Made by a program: the position numbers and the translations under genes. From NCBI GenBank assembly GCA_965205595.1, contig CBDBHI010000067.1:207674-271673 (forward strand): DNA of 64,000 nucleotides. Reading direction: 5' to 3'. This document shows positions 1 to 9,313 of this stretch, in pieces. The notes below the pieces were generated by a model. The model saw nothing but the letters and a program-made list of their open reading frames with translations. It was not told where the DNA came from and did not search any database. Each line of letters opens with the position of its first letter. Position 1 is the stretch's first letter. The DNA is from Bryobacterales bacterium. Lineage in GTDB: Bacteria > Acidobacteriota > Terriglobia > Bryobacterales > UBA6623.

Positions 1-15
1 AGGCGCCAGCGAATA

Positions 16-558
16 ATGGAATCCACGTTCGACGATCTGATCCAATACGTCCGCAACCTCGGTGCGGCTGACCTTGAGCATTCCGACGTAACCTATCTGG
101 GCCACTTAGCGGGCGTCTACCGAGACCTAAAATCCTGGGGTTGCTCCGAGGAGGTCTGTCGCGGTGGTATGTTCCACTCGATTTACGGCACCGAGATCTT
201 CCGGCGATTCGCTCTTCCGTTGGACAAGCGTGAGGAGGTTCGGGCGTTGATCGGAGAGCGAGCCGAACGGCTGGCGTATTTGAACAGCGCCATCGATTAC
301 GCCTCGTTCGACGAGATGCTTAGCAGCGACACCGCTCCATTCCGCATGCTTGACCGATTCACTGGCGAACTCGTCGAAGTCTCCGACGACGATCTCGAAG
401 ACCTGGCGATCATTCACTTGTGCGATCGACTCGAACAGGCTCCTCGAAGCAAAGACTGGGAGTTTCGGCCGGAAGCGTTCTCGTTGCTGGCGAAGCGCCT
501 TGGCGGCGTTGCCGCCGAGTCGTACGAGCGGGTTTACGCAAGCATGCACGCACACTAG
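16..558 (+). CDS. DUF6817-like (HD-related) protein
   Basis: 180-aa ORF with an H..L..V...L..WG...VC.GG.FHSIYGT motif and downstream D-R-L-E-Q, as I recall for DUF6817 proteins. Confidence 0.65.
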   Translation: MESTFDDLIQYVRNLGAADLEHSDVTYLGHLAGVYRDLKSWGCSEEVCRGGMFHSIYGTEIFRRFALPLDKREEVRALIGERAERLAYLNSAIDYASFDEMLSSDTAPFRMLDRFTGELVEVSDDDLEDLAIIHLCDRLEQAPRSKDWEFRPEAFSLLAKRLGGVAAESYERVYASMHAH

Positions 559-572
559 TTCAGGTGTGCGTG
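547..572. terminator. 9-bp hairpin over the stop codon, between convergent genes
   Basis: CACGCACAC-TAGTTCAG-GTGTGCGTG is a perfect stem. There is no U-tract. Confidence 0.35.
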
Positions 573-644
573 GCCTTCGATATCAGCGTAAGGCCCGTAC
601 GAAACGTGTTCCACCAGTAGATCTGACGGCCTCCGACTGCCGCG

Positions 645-1265
645 CTATTGCAACGAGAATTTAGCCGATCCAACCGTCTTGTCCCAGAGAATGGCCAGTG
701 ACCCGCCTGTCTTTAATACATCGACGAATGCGATCGTGAGCTGCTCATAAGACACAGGCAGAGCCGCGACCTCCATGCCCACGCAGAGCACATCCTTGGC
801 ATCGGTGTAGTCGTAGGCGCCCCAAAGCCCGTCGCCTGGATCGCGAAAGTTGTCTTTCGCCCCGTAGGTCGAAAAGATTAACGTCCAGTTGTTCGCTTCG
901 AGATCAACGAACATGCTGTACTCGCCCGCCGGCAATACCTTGTCGCCGAACTTGAGGTCTGCCTCGGTTGAGAAACGCGTCGCTTTATTCGCCCCAGCCC
1001 GCCAGATTGGCGCTCCGGCATTCACCTTGTTGCCGTAGGAGTCACCGGCGCCGAAAATGCTGTTGCGTCCACGCAAAATGGGTCGGCCGTAATCGACGGC
1101 GAGCCACTTGCCGCCGACGTATTTATTTCCCTCGTATTGGCCTTCGATTTGAACGGCGGCTTCACCGCGAGGCGACGCCGGACGTTGCGCCCTAATCGTC
1201 CCGGCGCTTACGGGAACTAGTGCTGAAACTGCTAGGGATTTCGTGGATCGAATACTGAACCTCAC
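645..1265 (-). CDS. DUF2911 domain secreted protein
   Basis: SPRG...VDYGRP..RGR..IFG...WRAGANKAT.F...LPAGEYS motifs. The likely GTG start is at 1265; the ORF track starts at 1334. Confidence 0.8.
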   Translation of the reverse strand: MRFSIRSTKSLAVSALVPVSAGTIRAQRPASPRGEAAVQIEGQYEGNKYVGGKWLAVDYGRPILRGRNSIFGAGDSYGNKVNAGAPIWRAGANKATRFSTEADLKFGDKVLPAGEYSMFVDLEANNWTLIFSTYGAKDNFRDPGDGLWGAYDYTDAKDVLCVGMEVAALPVSYEQLTIAFVDVLKTGGSLAILWDKTVGSAKFSLQ

Positions 1266-1549
1266 GGGGGACCTGATCTTTGGGTCGTCGTTCAAATAAA
1301 CCAGGGACCGATACGGGCCTCTGCGTTCGAACAATTAGACTCATCGTGCGTCCAGCTTAGCGAACACTACGAAGGAAACTAGGTGAAAACGCGATTGACG
1401 CCAACCGGAAGAAGCCTGATGATCCGAGGTAAGGTCGACCGACGGTCAACGTAATCTTTGACAGATCGGTTCCGCCATGCCGCAATCAGCAGCAGCGCTA
1501 GGCTTGATCGCCCGATCTTGTTAAACATCGACCAATCTTGAGGAAAAAT

Positions 1550-3628
1550 ATGAAACTTCATCCAAATTCATCTATTCGCCTTCGTCTCTGCTCGATTGCG
1601 GTAATTGCTCTAGTGATGGCGGCAGTCCTGCCCGCCCAGCCGGCCGCCGACTCGAAAATCGAAAGCGGCCTGCTAACCACTCTTACAGGCAACCCGAGCG
1701 GCTCAACGCCATTTTTTGTTGTGTTTCAAGAGAGTGCGTCGCTTGACGCAGCTTCTCAGGTGCCCGACCGCGAGCAACGCGGCCGAGCAGTGGTGCAGAT
1801 ACTACAGGAAACAGCCAACCGCACGCAGGCGGGCGTACAGGCGATATTGCGCGCGCGTGGTGCGGATTTCACTTCCTACTGGGTGGTCAACTCAATCTAT
1901 GTGCCCAACGGCAATCTTGGTATAGCACGCGCACTGGCGACGCGACCTGAAGTTTCACGGATTGAACCGGAACCGGTTATATCGGTTCCGCCCGTGATCG
2001 TAGAGGAGGCACCCATCGAAGTCCAGTCGATCGAGTGGGGCATTAATAAAATTCGCGCCCCCGAGGTATGGCCCACGACCAAGGGAGCGGGCATAGTTGT
2101 TGCCAATATCGATACTGGCGTGCGCTACACGCACAACGCGGTTGTCGATCAATATCGCGGGAACAATGGCGACGGAACGTTCGACCATTCAGGAAACTGG
2201 AAGGACCCCAGCAGTATTTGTGGCGCGACGCCCTGCGATAACAATAACCACGGCACCCACACGATGGGAACGATGGTTGGCGACGACGACGCTGGCAACC
2301 AGATCGGCGTCGCACCCGAGGCCGAGTGGATCTCGTGTAAAGGTTGTTCCACGAACAGTTGTTCCGGTAGTCACTTGATTACGTGCGGTCAATGGATTCT
2401 CGATCCCAATGAGGATAGTAGCGGCAGCGACCAGCCCGATATCGTCAACAATTCCTGGAGCGGTGGCGGCGGTAACAATTGGTACATGGGAATTGTGGAC
2501 GGTTGGAGAGCGGCCGGCATCTTCCCAGCATTCGCAAATGGCAATAGTGGCCCGAACTGCGGCACAGCCGGTTCGCCTGGTGACTATTTCCAGTCGTTTG
2601 CCTCAGGCGCGACGGACATTGGCGACAACATCGCTAGCTTTTCCTCGCGTGGACCCTCGGCTTTTGGCCCGGTTAAGCCCGACGTCAGCGCACCGGGCGT
2701 GAGCGTGCGGTCGAGTACTGCCAGCGGCGACAGCAGCTACTCGAATTTCAGCGGAACTTCGATGGCGAGCCCACACACCGCCGGCTCGGTGGCCCTGATG
2801 TGGGCGGCCGATCCCGCGCTGCGAGGCGATATCGCCGCCACTGAAGCTCTGCTACGCGGTGCGGCGGTAGACTTGGGGCCCGGCACTTGTGGTGGCACCC
2901 TGGCCCTCAACAACACGTTTGGCGAAGGACGGATTGACGTCAAAGAAGCCGTTGGAGGGGAACCGCCGCCGCCGAACGATCCTCCGGATGTCACGATTTC
3001 CGCGCCAGCGAACGGAACGAACGTAACCTGCCCCGCGACCGTCGAATTCACTGCAATGGCGACCGATACGGAGGACGACGACACTGCCTTAACCGCGAGT
3101 CTGAGTTGGACGGACAATGGAGATCCCCTCGGCTCAGGCGGGAGCGCCTCCAAATTATATTCATGTCTCGATTCGGGATCGCATGTGATCGACGCGAGCG
3201 TCACGGACAGCGGTGGAGCCGGGGGCTCGGACTCGATCACCATTCAGGTCAACAACGATCCGCCAGAAGTCACCATCCTAACCCCGGCCGATGGCTCGAC
3301 GTTTGATTGCGACACTCCAGTCTCGTTTACCGGTGAGGCAACCGATACGGAAGATATCGACCTAACCAGTGCCATCTCGTGGACCGACAACGCTGCGAAC
3401 TTCGGCTCTGGAGGAAGCGCAAGCAAGACGTTTAGCTGCAGCACCGAAACCGGTTCTCGGACAATTCAGTCAACTGCAGTCGACAGTGGTGGTGCTAGTG
3501 GCAACGACACCATTTCAATCACCATCAACGGTGGCGTCTGCGAGCCAAAGCGCGCATCTTGTACCGCCAATAGTGAGTGTTGCTCTAACAAGTGTAAGGG
3601 TAAGGCCGGTAATAAGTCATGTAAATAG
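1550..3628 (+). CDS. Secreted S8 (subtilisin-family) serine peptidase with propeptide, two PKD/Ig-like repeats and a Cys-rich C-terminal tail
   Basis: Catalytic motifs IDTG, HGTHTMG and GTSMASPH; signal peptide; two NDPP(D/E)VTI...ATDTED...SWTDN...GSGGSASK repeats; GAGG SD before ATG 1550. Confidence 0.92.
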   Translation: MKLHPNSSIRLRLCSIAVIALVMAAVLPAQPAADSKIESGLLTTLTGNPSGSTPFFVVFQESASLDAASQVPDREQRGRAVVQILQETANRTQAGVQAILRARGADFTSYWVVNSIYVPNGNLGIARALATRPEVSRIEPEPVISVPPVIVEEAPIEVQSIEWGINKIRAPEVWPTTKGAGIVVANIDTGVRYTHNAVVDQYRGNNGDGTFDHSGNWKDPSSICGATPCDNNNHGTHTMGTMVGDDDAGNQIGVAPEAEWISCKGCSTNSCSGSHLITCGQWILDPNEDSSGSDQPDIVNNSWSGGGGNNWYMGIVDGWRAAGIFPAFANGNSGPNCGTAGSPGDYFQSFASGATDIGDNIASFSSRGPSAFGPVKPDVSAPGVSVRSSTASGDSSYSNFSGTSMASPHTAGSVALMWAADPALRGDIAATEALLRGAAVDLGPGTCGGTLALNNTFGEGRIDVKEAVGGEPPPPNDPPDVTISAPANGTNVTCPATVEFTAMATDTEDDDTALTASLSWTDNGDPLGSGGSASKLYSCLDSGSHVIDASVTDSGGAGGSDSITIQVNNDPPEVTILTPADGSTFDCDTPVSFTGEATDTEDIDLTSAISWTDNAANFGSGGSASKTFSCSTETGSRTIQSTAVDSGGASGNDTISITINGGVCEPKRASCTANSECCSNKCKGKAGNKSCK

Positions 3629-3651
3629 CTCAAGTATCGAGCTGAGCCTCA

Positions 3652-3686
3652 AAAAAGCCAACCGGCTCAACACCGGTTGGCTTTTT
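3652..3686. terminator. Bidirectional intrinsic terminator
   Basis: AAAAAGCCAACCGG-CTCAACA-CCGGTTGGCTTTTT lies between convergent genes, with an A/T tract on each side. Confidence 0.85.
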
Positions 3687-3707
3687 CACTGAATTCAACT
3701 AGCCCTA

Positions 3708-4733
3708 CTATCGCTTTACCGGCACATACTTCTGAAGTCTTCGCGTATACGGCTCACCGCCGAATAGGTTGCCGTCGGCGTCGACAGCAACCCATTCCGC
3801 CCCGTGTCCTCGGTCGACGCGCGGATCGCCCCAGGGGAACAAAACGAACGACTCCACCCAACCGGTCCGCACGTCGCCGATACGAATTCCGTATTCAAAA
3901 CCGGGGTTCTTTTCGTTGTCTGATGTTGAGTCCGCAACGTAGATTTTGCCGTGTTTGTCAAACGTAATTCCGCTGGGCCGGCCGAACTGCCTCCATGTGG
4001 ATAGGTGCTTTCCTTCTTGATCGAAGATCTGGATGCGGGAGTTATCGCGGTCGCCAACGAAGACACGGCCGTCGGAGTCCATTGCGATCGTGTGCGGCTG
4101 CCGCAGTTCGCCCGGCCCGTACCCGGTCTTGCCCCAAGTCTTGATGAACTTTCCGTCTTTCGAGAACTTCACAACGCGATTATTTCCGTCGACCGCGTGA
4201 CCGTCGGTCACGAAAACGTCGCCGTTGGCGGCCACAACCACGTCGCACGGTGCGTTGAAGTGGTCCCGGCCGTCGCCTGCAACACCGGGGGTGCCTAAGG
4301 TCATCAAGACCTCGCCGGTCGGACTAAACTTGATGACCTGATGTCCTCGAGTGCCCGGCGGAGTCCACTCGGGCCTAATGCCGTCGACCACCCAAATATT
4401 GCCATCCGGATCGATATCCATACCATGCGGCCAGATAAACAGCCCACCTCCAAAACTTTCAACGACGTTGCCCTGGGGGTCGAACCTGAGGATCGGATCG
4501 AGATCTGAATCGAGACATTCGCTACCGAACCGAGCGTCTGGGTCACAGCGAACGATGGCCCACACATGGTGGCCGTCGGGGTCGATCTCGACGTCGCCAA
4601 CTCTTCCCATTCGCCGGCCCTCCGGCGGCTTCGCCCAGTCGGCGACTGATCGATAGGGGTTTGGATACGGCTGGGCAAGCACCCCAACCGCGACGAGCAG
4701 GGTTAGTGAAGCTACAACGACAAGCTTGCGCAT
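3708..4733 (-). CDS. NHL-repeat beta-propeller protein (PAL-like), secreted
   Basis: Repeats such as WPHGMDIDPDGNIWVVD, FNAPCDVVVAANGDVFVTDG and QPHTIAMDSDGRVFVGDR; signal peptide. Confidence 0.85.
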   Translation of the reverse strand: MRKLVVVASLTLLVAVGVLAQPYPNPYRSVADWAKPPEGRRMGRVGDVEIDPDGHHVWAIVRCDPDARFGSECLDSDLDPILRFDPQGNVVESFGGGLFIWPHGMDIDPDGNIWVVDGIRPEWTPPGTRGHQVIKFSPTGEVLMTLGTPGVAGDGRDHFNAPCDVVVAANGDVFVTDGHAVDGNNRVVKFSKDGKFIKTWGKTGYGPGELRQPHTIAMDSDGRVFVGDRDNSRIQIFDQEGKHLSTWRQFGRPSGITFDKHGKIYVADSTSDNEKNPGFEYGIRIGDVRTGWVESFVLFPWGDPRVDRGHGAEWVAVDADGNLFGGEPYTRRLQKYVPVKR

Positions 4734-4891
4734 CGCATCATGCTAGCGCGAAGCGCGCCTCGAGCGAAACCGCCAGACGGCTCCGCACCCCGGAATCTGT
4801 CCCACAGAAACTGTGACCTTTCACCTAAAGTGATCAGTAGTCGACGAGATCGGAATTTAATGACAAAAATCGACGATCTTCAATCTCCGGG

Positions 4892-5815
4892 CTAGCCGTT
4901 AGCCGCGTTAGCGGCAATCCGCAGGCCCTCCCGAATCCCCGGCAATGGATCATTCGGCTTTTCCAGGTACTCCAGCGATAGTGCTCCATCCTCTGGAAAC
5001 CCGACCTCGGCCAGCGTCGCAAAAAACTCCGGCACGTTGAGAAATCCCTTACCCAACACGATCACTTCGCTGTCCGGGTCACGGCCGGAAACATCTTTCA
5101 GGTGAATGCCGAGCAGTCGTGGACCGAGTCGCCTAAGCGCCCCGGCCGGGTCTTCTGACGCTCGAATGGCATTCCCGATGTCGAGACAAGCTCCCACATT
5201 CGAGCCGCGTCCATCGACCGCTTTCAGTACGTCGGAAATTTTAGAAAATGGCGCGCCAGGTGCGTTGTTGTGAATCGCCAGCCGTACACCAAACTCGTCG
5301 GCAAGCGCCTCGAGGCTGTCGAGAGCGTCCAATTCGGGGATGCAGCTGAGATTGCGAAGACCCAAAGCCTTCGCGCGGCCGAAGACATCGCGATTCGATG
5401 GATCGTCGCGCACTAGCCGAATCGGTCCGAACGCGGTAGGTGTGATGTCGAATGACCCGAGCAACTTTCGCAGTTGGCTGATCTCCTCGGGCGTTGCAGC
5501 CGGCCCCGGAAACCGGCCCCCTTTCGCGTCCTGCATCCGGATCTGCGCCCCGGTCAGTTCCATCCGATGAAGCCCCAAGTCCGACGCGACCATCCGCGCC
5601 GCTTCCTTGATTGGGAACGCGGCCAGCGAGGCGCCGTGGATTCCCATCGGGTAGCCGCCAAACTTCTTGTCGGCGCTATCTTGTGCCGCGGCCGCAAAGC
5701 CCCGCGTGCCCGCTAAACCAGAGCCGACCGCAAGCCCGGCGGTCGTCAGCAGAAGGCGTCGGCTCCAGGCTATCGCCGAGCCATTTGGGTCATAAGTAGT
5801 CTCTTCACGCGCCAT
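4892..5815 (-). CDS. Sugar-phosphate isomerase/epimerase (AP endonuclease 2 TIM-barrel family) with Tat-like leader
   Basis: AIHN, CLDIGN, IHLKD and LSLEY motifs; SRRLLL leader. Confidence 0.85.
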   Translation of the reverse strand: MAREETTYDPNGSAIAWSRRLLLTTAGLAVGSGLAGTRGFAAAAQDSADKKFGGYPMGIHGASLAAFPIKEAARMVASDLGLHRMELTGAQIRMQDAKGGRFPGPAATPEEISQLRKLLGSFDITPTAFGPIRLVRDDPSNRDVFGRAKALGLRNLSCIPELDALDSLEALADEFGVRLAIHNNAPGAPFSKISDVLKAVDGRGSNVGACLDIGNAIRASEDPAGALRRLGPRLLGIHLKDVSGRDPDSEVIVLGKGFLNVPEFFATLAEVGFPEDGALSLEYLEKPNDPLPGIREGLRIAANAANG

Positions 5816-5981
5816 AGTGCCTGGATTCTACCGCCGTAAGATTCCAGGCGCAAGTAGGCACAGACGACTGCCGAGATATTCCGCAAGTCTCTCCCGTTTT
5901 GGGTCGATAACCAGTTAGAGGCAACGGACTAGCCCAACCGGTAGTCCGCCTCTCCCGCCACGTCCCTCAAGGAGAACAAAT

Positions 5982-6344
5982 ATGAGGATTTTAATCGTCG
6001 ACGACAGCCGCGCCATGCGCATGATCGTCAAGCGTACCTTGCGCCAGGCAGGTTACGGAGACCATACGATCGAGGAGGCTGTGAACGGGAAACAGGCTCT
6101 CGATGTAATTGAAGATAGCCCTCCTGGACTGGTGTTAAGTGACTGGGCGATGCCCGAGATGACTGGCATCGAACTCCTTCAAGCCGTGAAGGACAGAAAG
6201 CTTGGAGTGAAGATCGGCGTCGTGACATCGCAAGGCACGCCGGAAATGCGACAGCAGGCAATGGACTTGGGCGCGGCGTTTCTGCTGGTAAAACCGTTCA
6301 CTTCCGACGATCTGGGGAAGGCCCTGGCGCCGGTCTTGGGTTGA
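5982..6344 (+). CDS. Stand-alone CheY-like response regulator
   Basis: ILIVDDS, LSDW.MP.MTG.ELL and KPF receiver motifs; AGGAG SD. Confidence 0.9.
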   Translation: MRILIVDDSRAMRMIVKRTLRQAGYGDHTIEEAVNGKQALDVIEDSPPGLVLSDWAMPEMTGIELLQAVKDRKLGVKIGVVTSQGTPEMRQQAMDLGAAFLLVKPFTSDDLGKALAPVLG

Positions 6345-6482
6345 CGCCCGGCGCACCGGCGGGCGCGATATGGGTGGCTAAAAATAACAAGCTCAGAAAC
6401 GGGGCGGCCTTCGACTAGCTCGATGTCTAGCGCTGGGTTATGGCGAAGCGCCGCGCCTTCTCAGCCCATCTCACCCACGGCG

Positions 6483-7958
6483 TCAAAAGTCACGGAATGG
6501 TCCGCGGGGCTCGGCGGAATCCATTTCATTGACCCAGTTGCGATAGCGCTCCTGCACCATCTCCAACATGTCCGGCCGCTCCTTGGAAAGATCGTGAGAT
6601 TCGCCGATGTCCGCCTCGAGATCGAAAAGGCCCTCGCCATCGTCCATCACAACCCATTTCCATTTGCCGACGCGAGCGCCGATGCGGTTCTTGCGTTGCC
6701 AAAACATCTCTTCGCGCGGTGAAGCGGTATCGCCCCGCAGCACAGGCCACCAGTCGAATCCGTCGAGCACGACGCCCGCGGGTAAGTCCGCGCCGGTCGC
6801 CGACGCGAGGCTCGGCAAGACTTCAAGACTAGTTAGAAACTCGTCGCTGACGGCACCCGCCTCAATGCCACCCCCGGGCCAGCGAATCATAAACGGAACA
6901 CGAATGCCGCCTTCCCAGGTCTCGGCTTTTTTGCCGCGCAGAGGTGCGTTCACCGCGCCACCACTGCCGCCGTTGTCTGAAAAGAAAATCACGATCGTAT
7001 CGTCGAGAATCCCCTTCGCTTCCAGGCGATCGAGCATCTTTCCAACCGCCGCGTCCATCGCAGTGACCGCCGCGCGGTAGTCCCGCTGTCGCGCCTGCGG
7101 AGTTACTTGCTGTGTCCGCCCAGCGTAGCGGTGATTCTCGACGACTCGATACTCCTGCTCAACCGCCGGATACATTTGCTTAAACTCGTCCGGGGCCTGC
7201 ACGGACGAGCGGATCTCGGGGTCGAGGTCAGATGACCCATGTGGCGCATTAAACGGAACGTAAAGAAAGAACGGCTCCTCGCCCGCGTACTGGTCAAGGA
7301 ACCGCAGCGCCTCGCGTTCAAACAGGTAGGTGCAGTAGGTGCCTTTGTCTTCCTCTGTCTTTTCGAGATTGCGATACATGCTGGGAACCCCGTACCGCTC
7401 GTGGCTGTAGTAGTTAATGCCTGTATTTACGAAGCCGTAGAAATCATCGAACCCTCTCGACGTAGGCAGGTACCGCTGGAGTGTTCCGAGGTCCCACTTG
7501 CCGTAGATGCCACTTTTGTAGCCGACGGATTTCAGCATCTTGGGGATGATGACTTCGCGCGTCTCCATTCCACCGATGCGCTCAAATGTGACGTCATATT
7601 CCGCGGGCTTGTACTTGTAACCGTAGTCCGGAGCCTCGTTGCGGATCATGTCGTAAATTCCGTTGCGCTGCGGATACCTGCCGGTTAGCAAAGCAGCGCG
7701 CGAGGGCGTACAGGCCGGCCAAGACACGTAAAAATTTGTCAGGCGTGTGCCTTCGTTGACTAGACGGTCGAGCGTAGGCGTGATGATGCCGTTGCCCAAA
7801 ATGCCAAGGTCGTTATAGCCCTGGTCGTCGGAAACGATAAGCAGAATGTTCGGGCGAGCGGCCTCGGCGCTCTGCTCAGCGGGTTCGCGCGAATCACAAG
7901 ACGAGCCAATGCCGATCACTGCAACCGCGAGTAGCGAATAAAAATAGCGGTGATTCAT
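6483..7958 (-). CDS. Cys-type sulfatase (lipoprotein signal)
   Basis: SDDQG, CTPSRAALLTGRY, GKWDLG and SDNG motifs. Confidence 0.93.
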   Translation of the reverse strand: MNHRYFYSLLAVAVIGIGSSCDSREPAEQSAEAARPNILLIVSDDQGYNDLGILGNGIITPTLDRLVNEGTRLTNFYVSWPACTPSRAALLTGRYPQRNGIYDMIRNEAPDYGYKYKPAEYDVTFERIGGMETREVIIPKMLKSVGYKSGIYGKWDLGTLQRYLPTSRGFDDFYGFVNTGINYYSHERYGVPSMYRNLEKTEEDKGTYCTYLFEREALRFLDQYAGEEPFFLYVPFNAPHGSSDLDPEIRSSVQAPDEFKQMYPAVEQEYRVVENHRYAGRTQQVTPQARQRDYRAAVTAMDAAVGKMLDRLEAKGILDDTIVIFFSDNGGSGGAVNAPLRGKKAETWEGGIRVPFMIRWPGGGIEAGAVSDEFLTSLEVLPSLASATGADLPAGVVLDGFDWWPVLRGDTASPREEMFWQRKNRIGARVGKWKWVVMDDGEGLFDLEADIGESHDLSKERPDMLEMVQERYRNWVNEMDSAEPRGPFRDF

Positions 7959-8010
7959 GCTGGCACGATCCTAGCAGTCCAAGCCAACTGTTCCGCCGGA
8001 CCGCCGAGTG

Positions 8011-8460
8011 CTATTTCTCGGGTAAACGGTTGATGTCCTCAATGTCCTTCGGCCGCGCGGCGGCACGTTTGTTAGTCCTGAGATCAGCCAAGCTGATTAG
8101 ACTTACGTCGACATCGTCCCATCGCTCAATAATGCGATGTTCGTAGCACTCGTCGAATTCGAGCCCAGAGACGGACGACAAGATCTCAATCTGGAGTGGC
8201 GGGCGCCCCATCCGCACGAGCGTACGCTCCGAAAGAAACAATTCTGGGGTTAACTGTGGTGCATCGAAGCCAAATTCGCGAATCGAGTCGGCAAGCCGCT
8301 CCGCGTTGCTGCGATCGAGTGAAATCCATATATCAAGGTCGCCAGTGCTCCGAGCGTAGCCGTGATAGGTCACCGCGTAACCTCCCACTAGGAGGTAGCG
8401 AATGTCATGACCGCTCAACGACTTCAAAAATTCTTTGAAGTCGTTCGGTAGTTGGATCAT
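8011..8460 (-). CDS. Nucleotidyltransferase-family protein (DUF6036/AbiEii-like)
   Basis: LVGGYAV..HG..R.T.DLDIW and L..NK.A..RPKD..D motifs. The likely start is ATG 8460. Confidence 0.75.
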   Translation of the reverse strand: MIQLPNDFKEFLKSLSGHDIRYLLVGGYAVTYHGYARSTGDLDIWISLDRSNAERLADSIREFGFDAPQLTPELFLSERTLVRMGRPPLQIEILSSVSGLEFDECYEHRIIERWDDVDVSLISLADLRTNKRAAARPKDIEDINRLPEK

Positions 8461-8611
8461 AGCCGTAGACGATCTGTCGAAGCTGCTCAAGCGCCGCGAG
8501 GCGCTCCTCGGGAGTCTTGCTGTGCCAGTAGCGGTCGTCTTCGGCGGTTTTCTCGTCCAGGGTCGTGACGGAAAACGCCGACCGGTCGACCTTCAGGGAA
8601 TCCAATGGCAT
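8405..8611 (-). CDS. Small (68 aa) protein upstream of and overlapping the nucleotidyltransferase gene
   Basis: DRSAFSV...YW.SKTPEERL.A.E.LRQI.YGYD...RLQR.FEV resembles a small-protein family I recall as commonly paired with these nucleotidyltransferases. Confidence 0.65.
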   Translation of the reverse strand: MPLDSLKVDRSAFSVTTLDEKTAEDDRYWHSKTPEERLAALEQLRQIVYGYDPTTERLQRIFEVVERS

Positions 8612-8668
8612 GTTTACTGCGACCTTGTCCCATTATCGCATCGCCGCCTCCCGGGCGGTGTAGTTCCG

Positions 8669-9313
8669 CTACTCTGCGGGCTCTGGCTGGTCCCCTAATT
8701 CGGAAAGCACACGGCGATAAGACGAGCCGGAGCCGATTGAACCGGCGGCGCGACGAATTCGCGCCGACACCGTAGGATCGGCACCCGCCAGACGAGCGAC
8801 TTCGAGCATCACTCTCGACTTGTCGGAATCACTTCTGATTCCTTCAGCCGACTCAACAACTCGTAGCATCGTCTTGATCGAAGCGTTGGGACGCGTAGCC
8901 ACCGCTTGCAGAACCCGACTCCGATCGCTATCGGAACGAATTCGAGCAACCGACTCGAAAAACGCTTTGGCGACGGCATCGTTCTCGAGGTGTATGTCCA
9001 GAGCTCCAATCAGTACGCGGGCCTTGTCGTCGTCAGATCCGATCCGTCCAGCCGAGATCAGCAGTCGCACCGCAGTCGGAGGATCGATCGTGAAGGCAGT
9101 CTGAGATTCGTTGCAGCACAGCCGTGGTCCGGCTACCCTGGCGGCACCGGGACGGCCCAACTGGAGATCCTGAGCTGCTCCGCACCGCACAGCTACAATT
9201 GGCTCCGTAGGCTGGAAGTTGGAACGATCGCAAGTTCGCCACGCCGCCGCATTCGAATTCGCATTCGGTCGCGGCTCCGCAACCCTCCGCTCCTCGATTG
9301 GCCGCATTGACAA
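8669..9313 (-). CDS. Helical-repeat protein, possibly a 5'-truncated fragment
   Basis: Three I.SD.D(K/R).RV(L/M) repeats plus a degenerate fourth in the C-terminal half. The N-terminal ~75 aa look non-coding. Confidence 0.45.
   Translation of the reverse strand: MSMRPIEERRVAEPRPNANSNAAAWRTCDRSNFQPTEPIVAVRCGAAQDLQLGRPGAARVAGPRLCCNESQTAFTIDPPTAVRLLISAGRIGSDDDKARVLIGALDIHLENDAVAKAFFESVARIRSDSDRSRVLQAVATRPNASIKTMLRVVESAEGIRSDSDKSRVMLEVARLAGADPTVSARIRRAAGSIGSGSSYRRVLSELGDQPEPAE

Noticed and set aside
5982-6344. Orphan CheY as part of a chemotaxis system
   Set aside because: No kinase, CheW or MCP gene is nearby, and stand-alone receivers are common.
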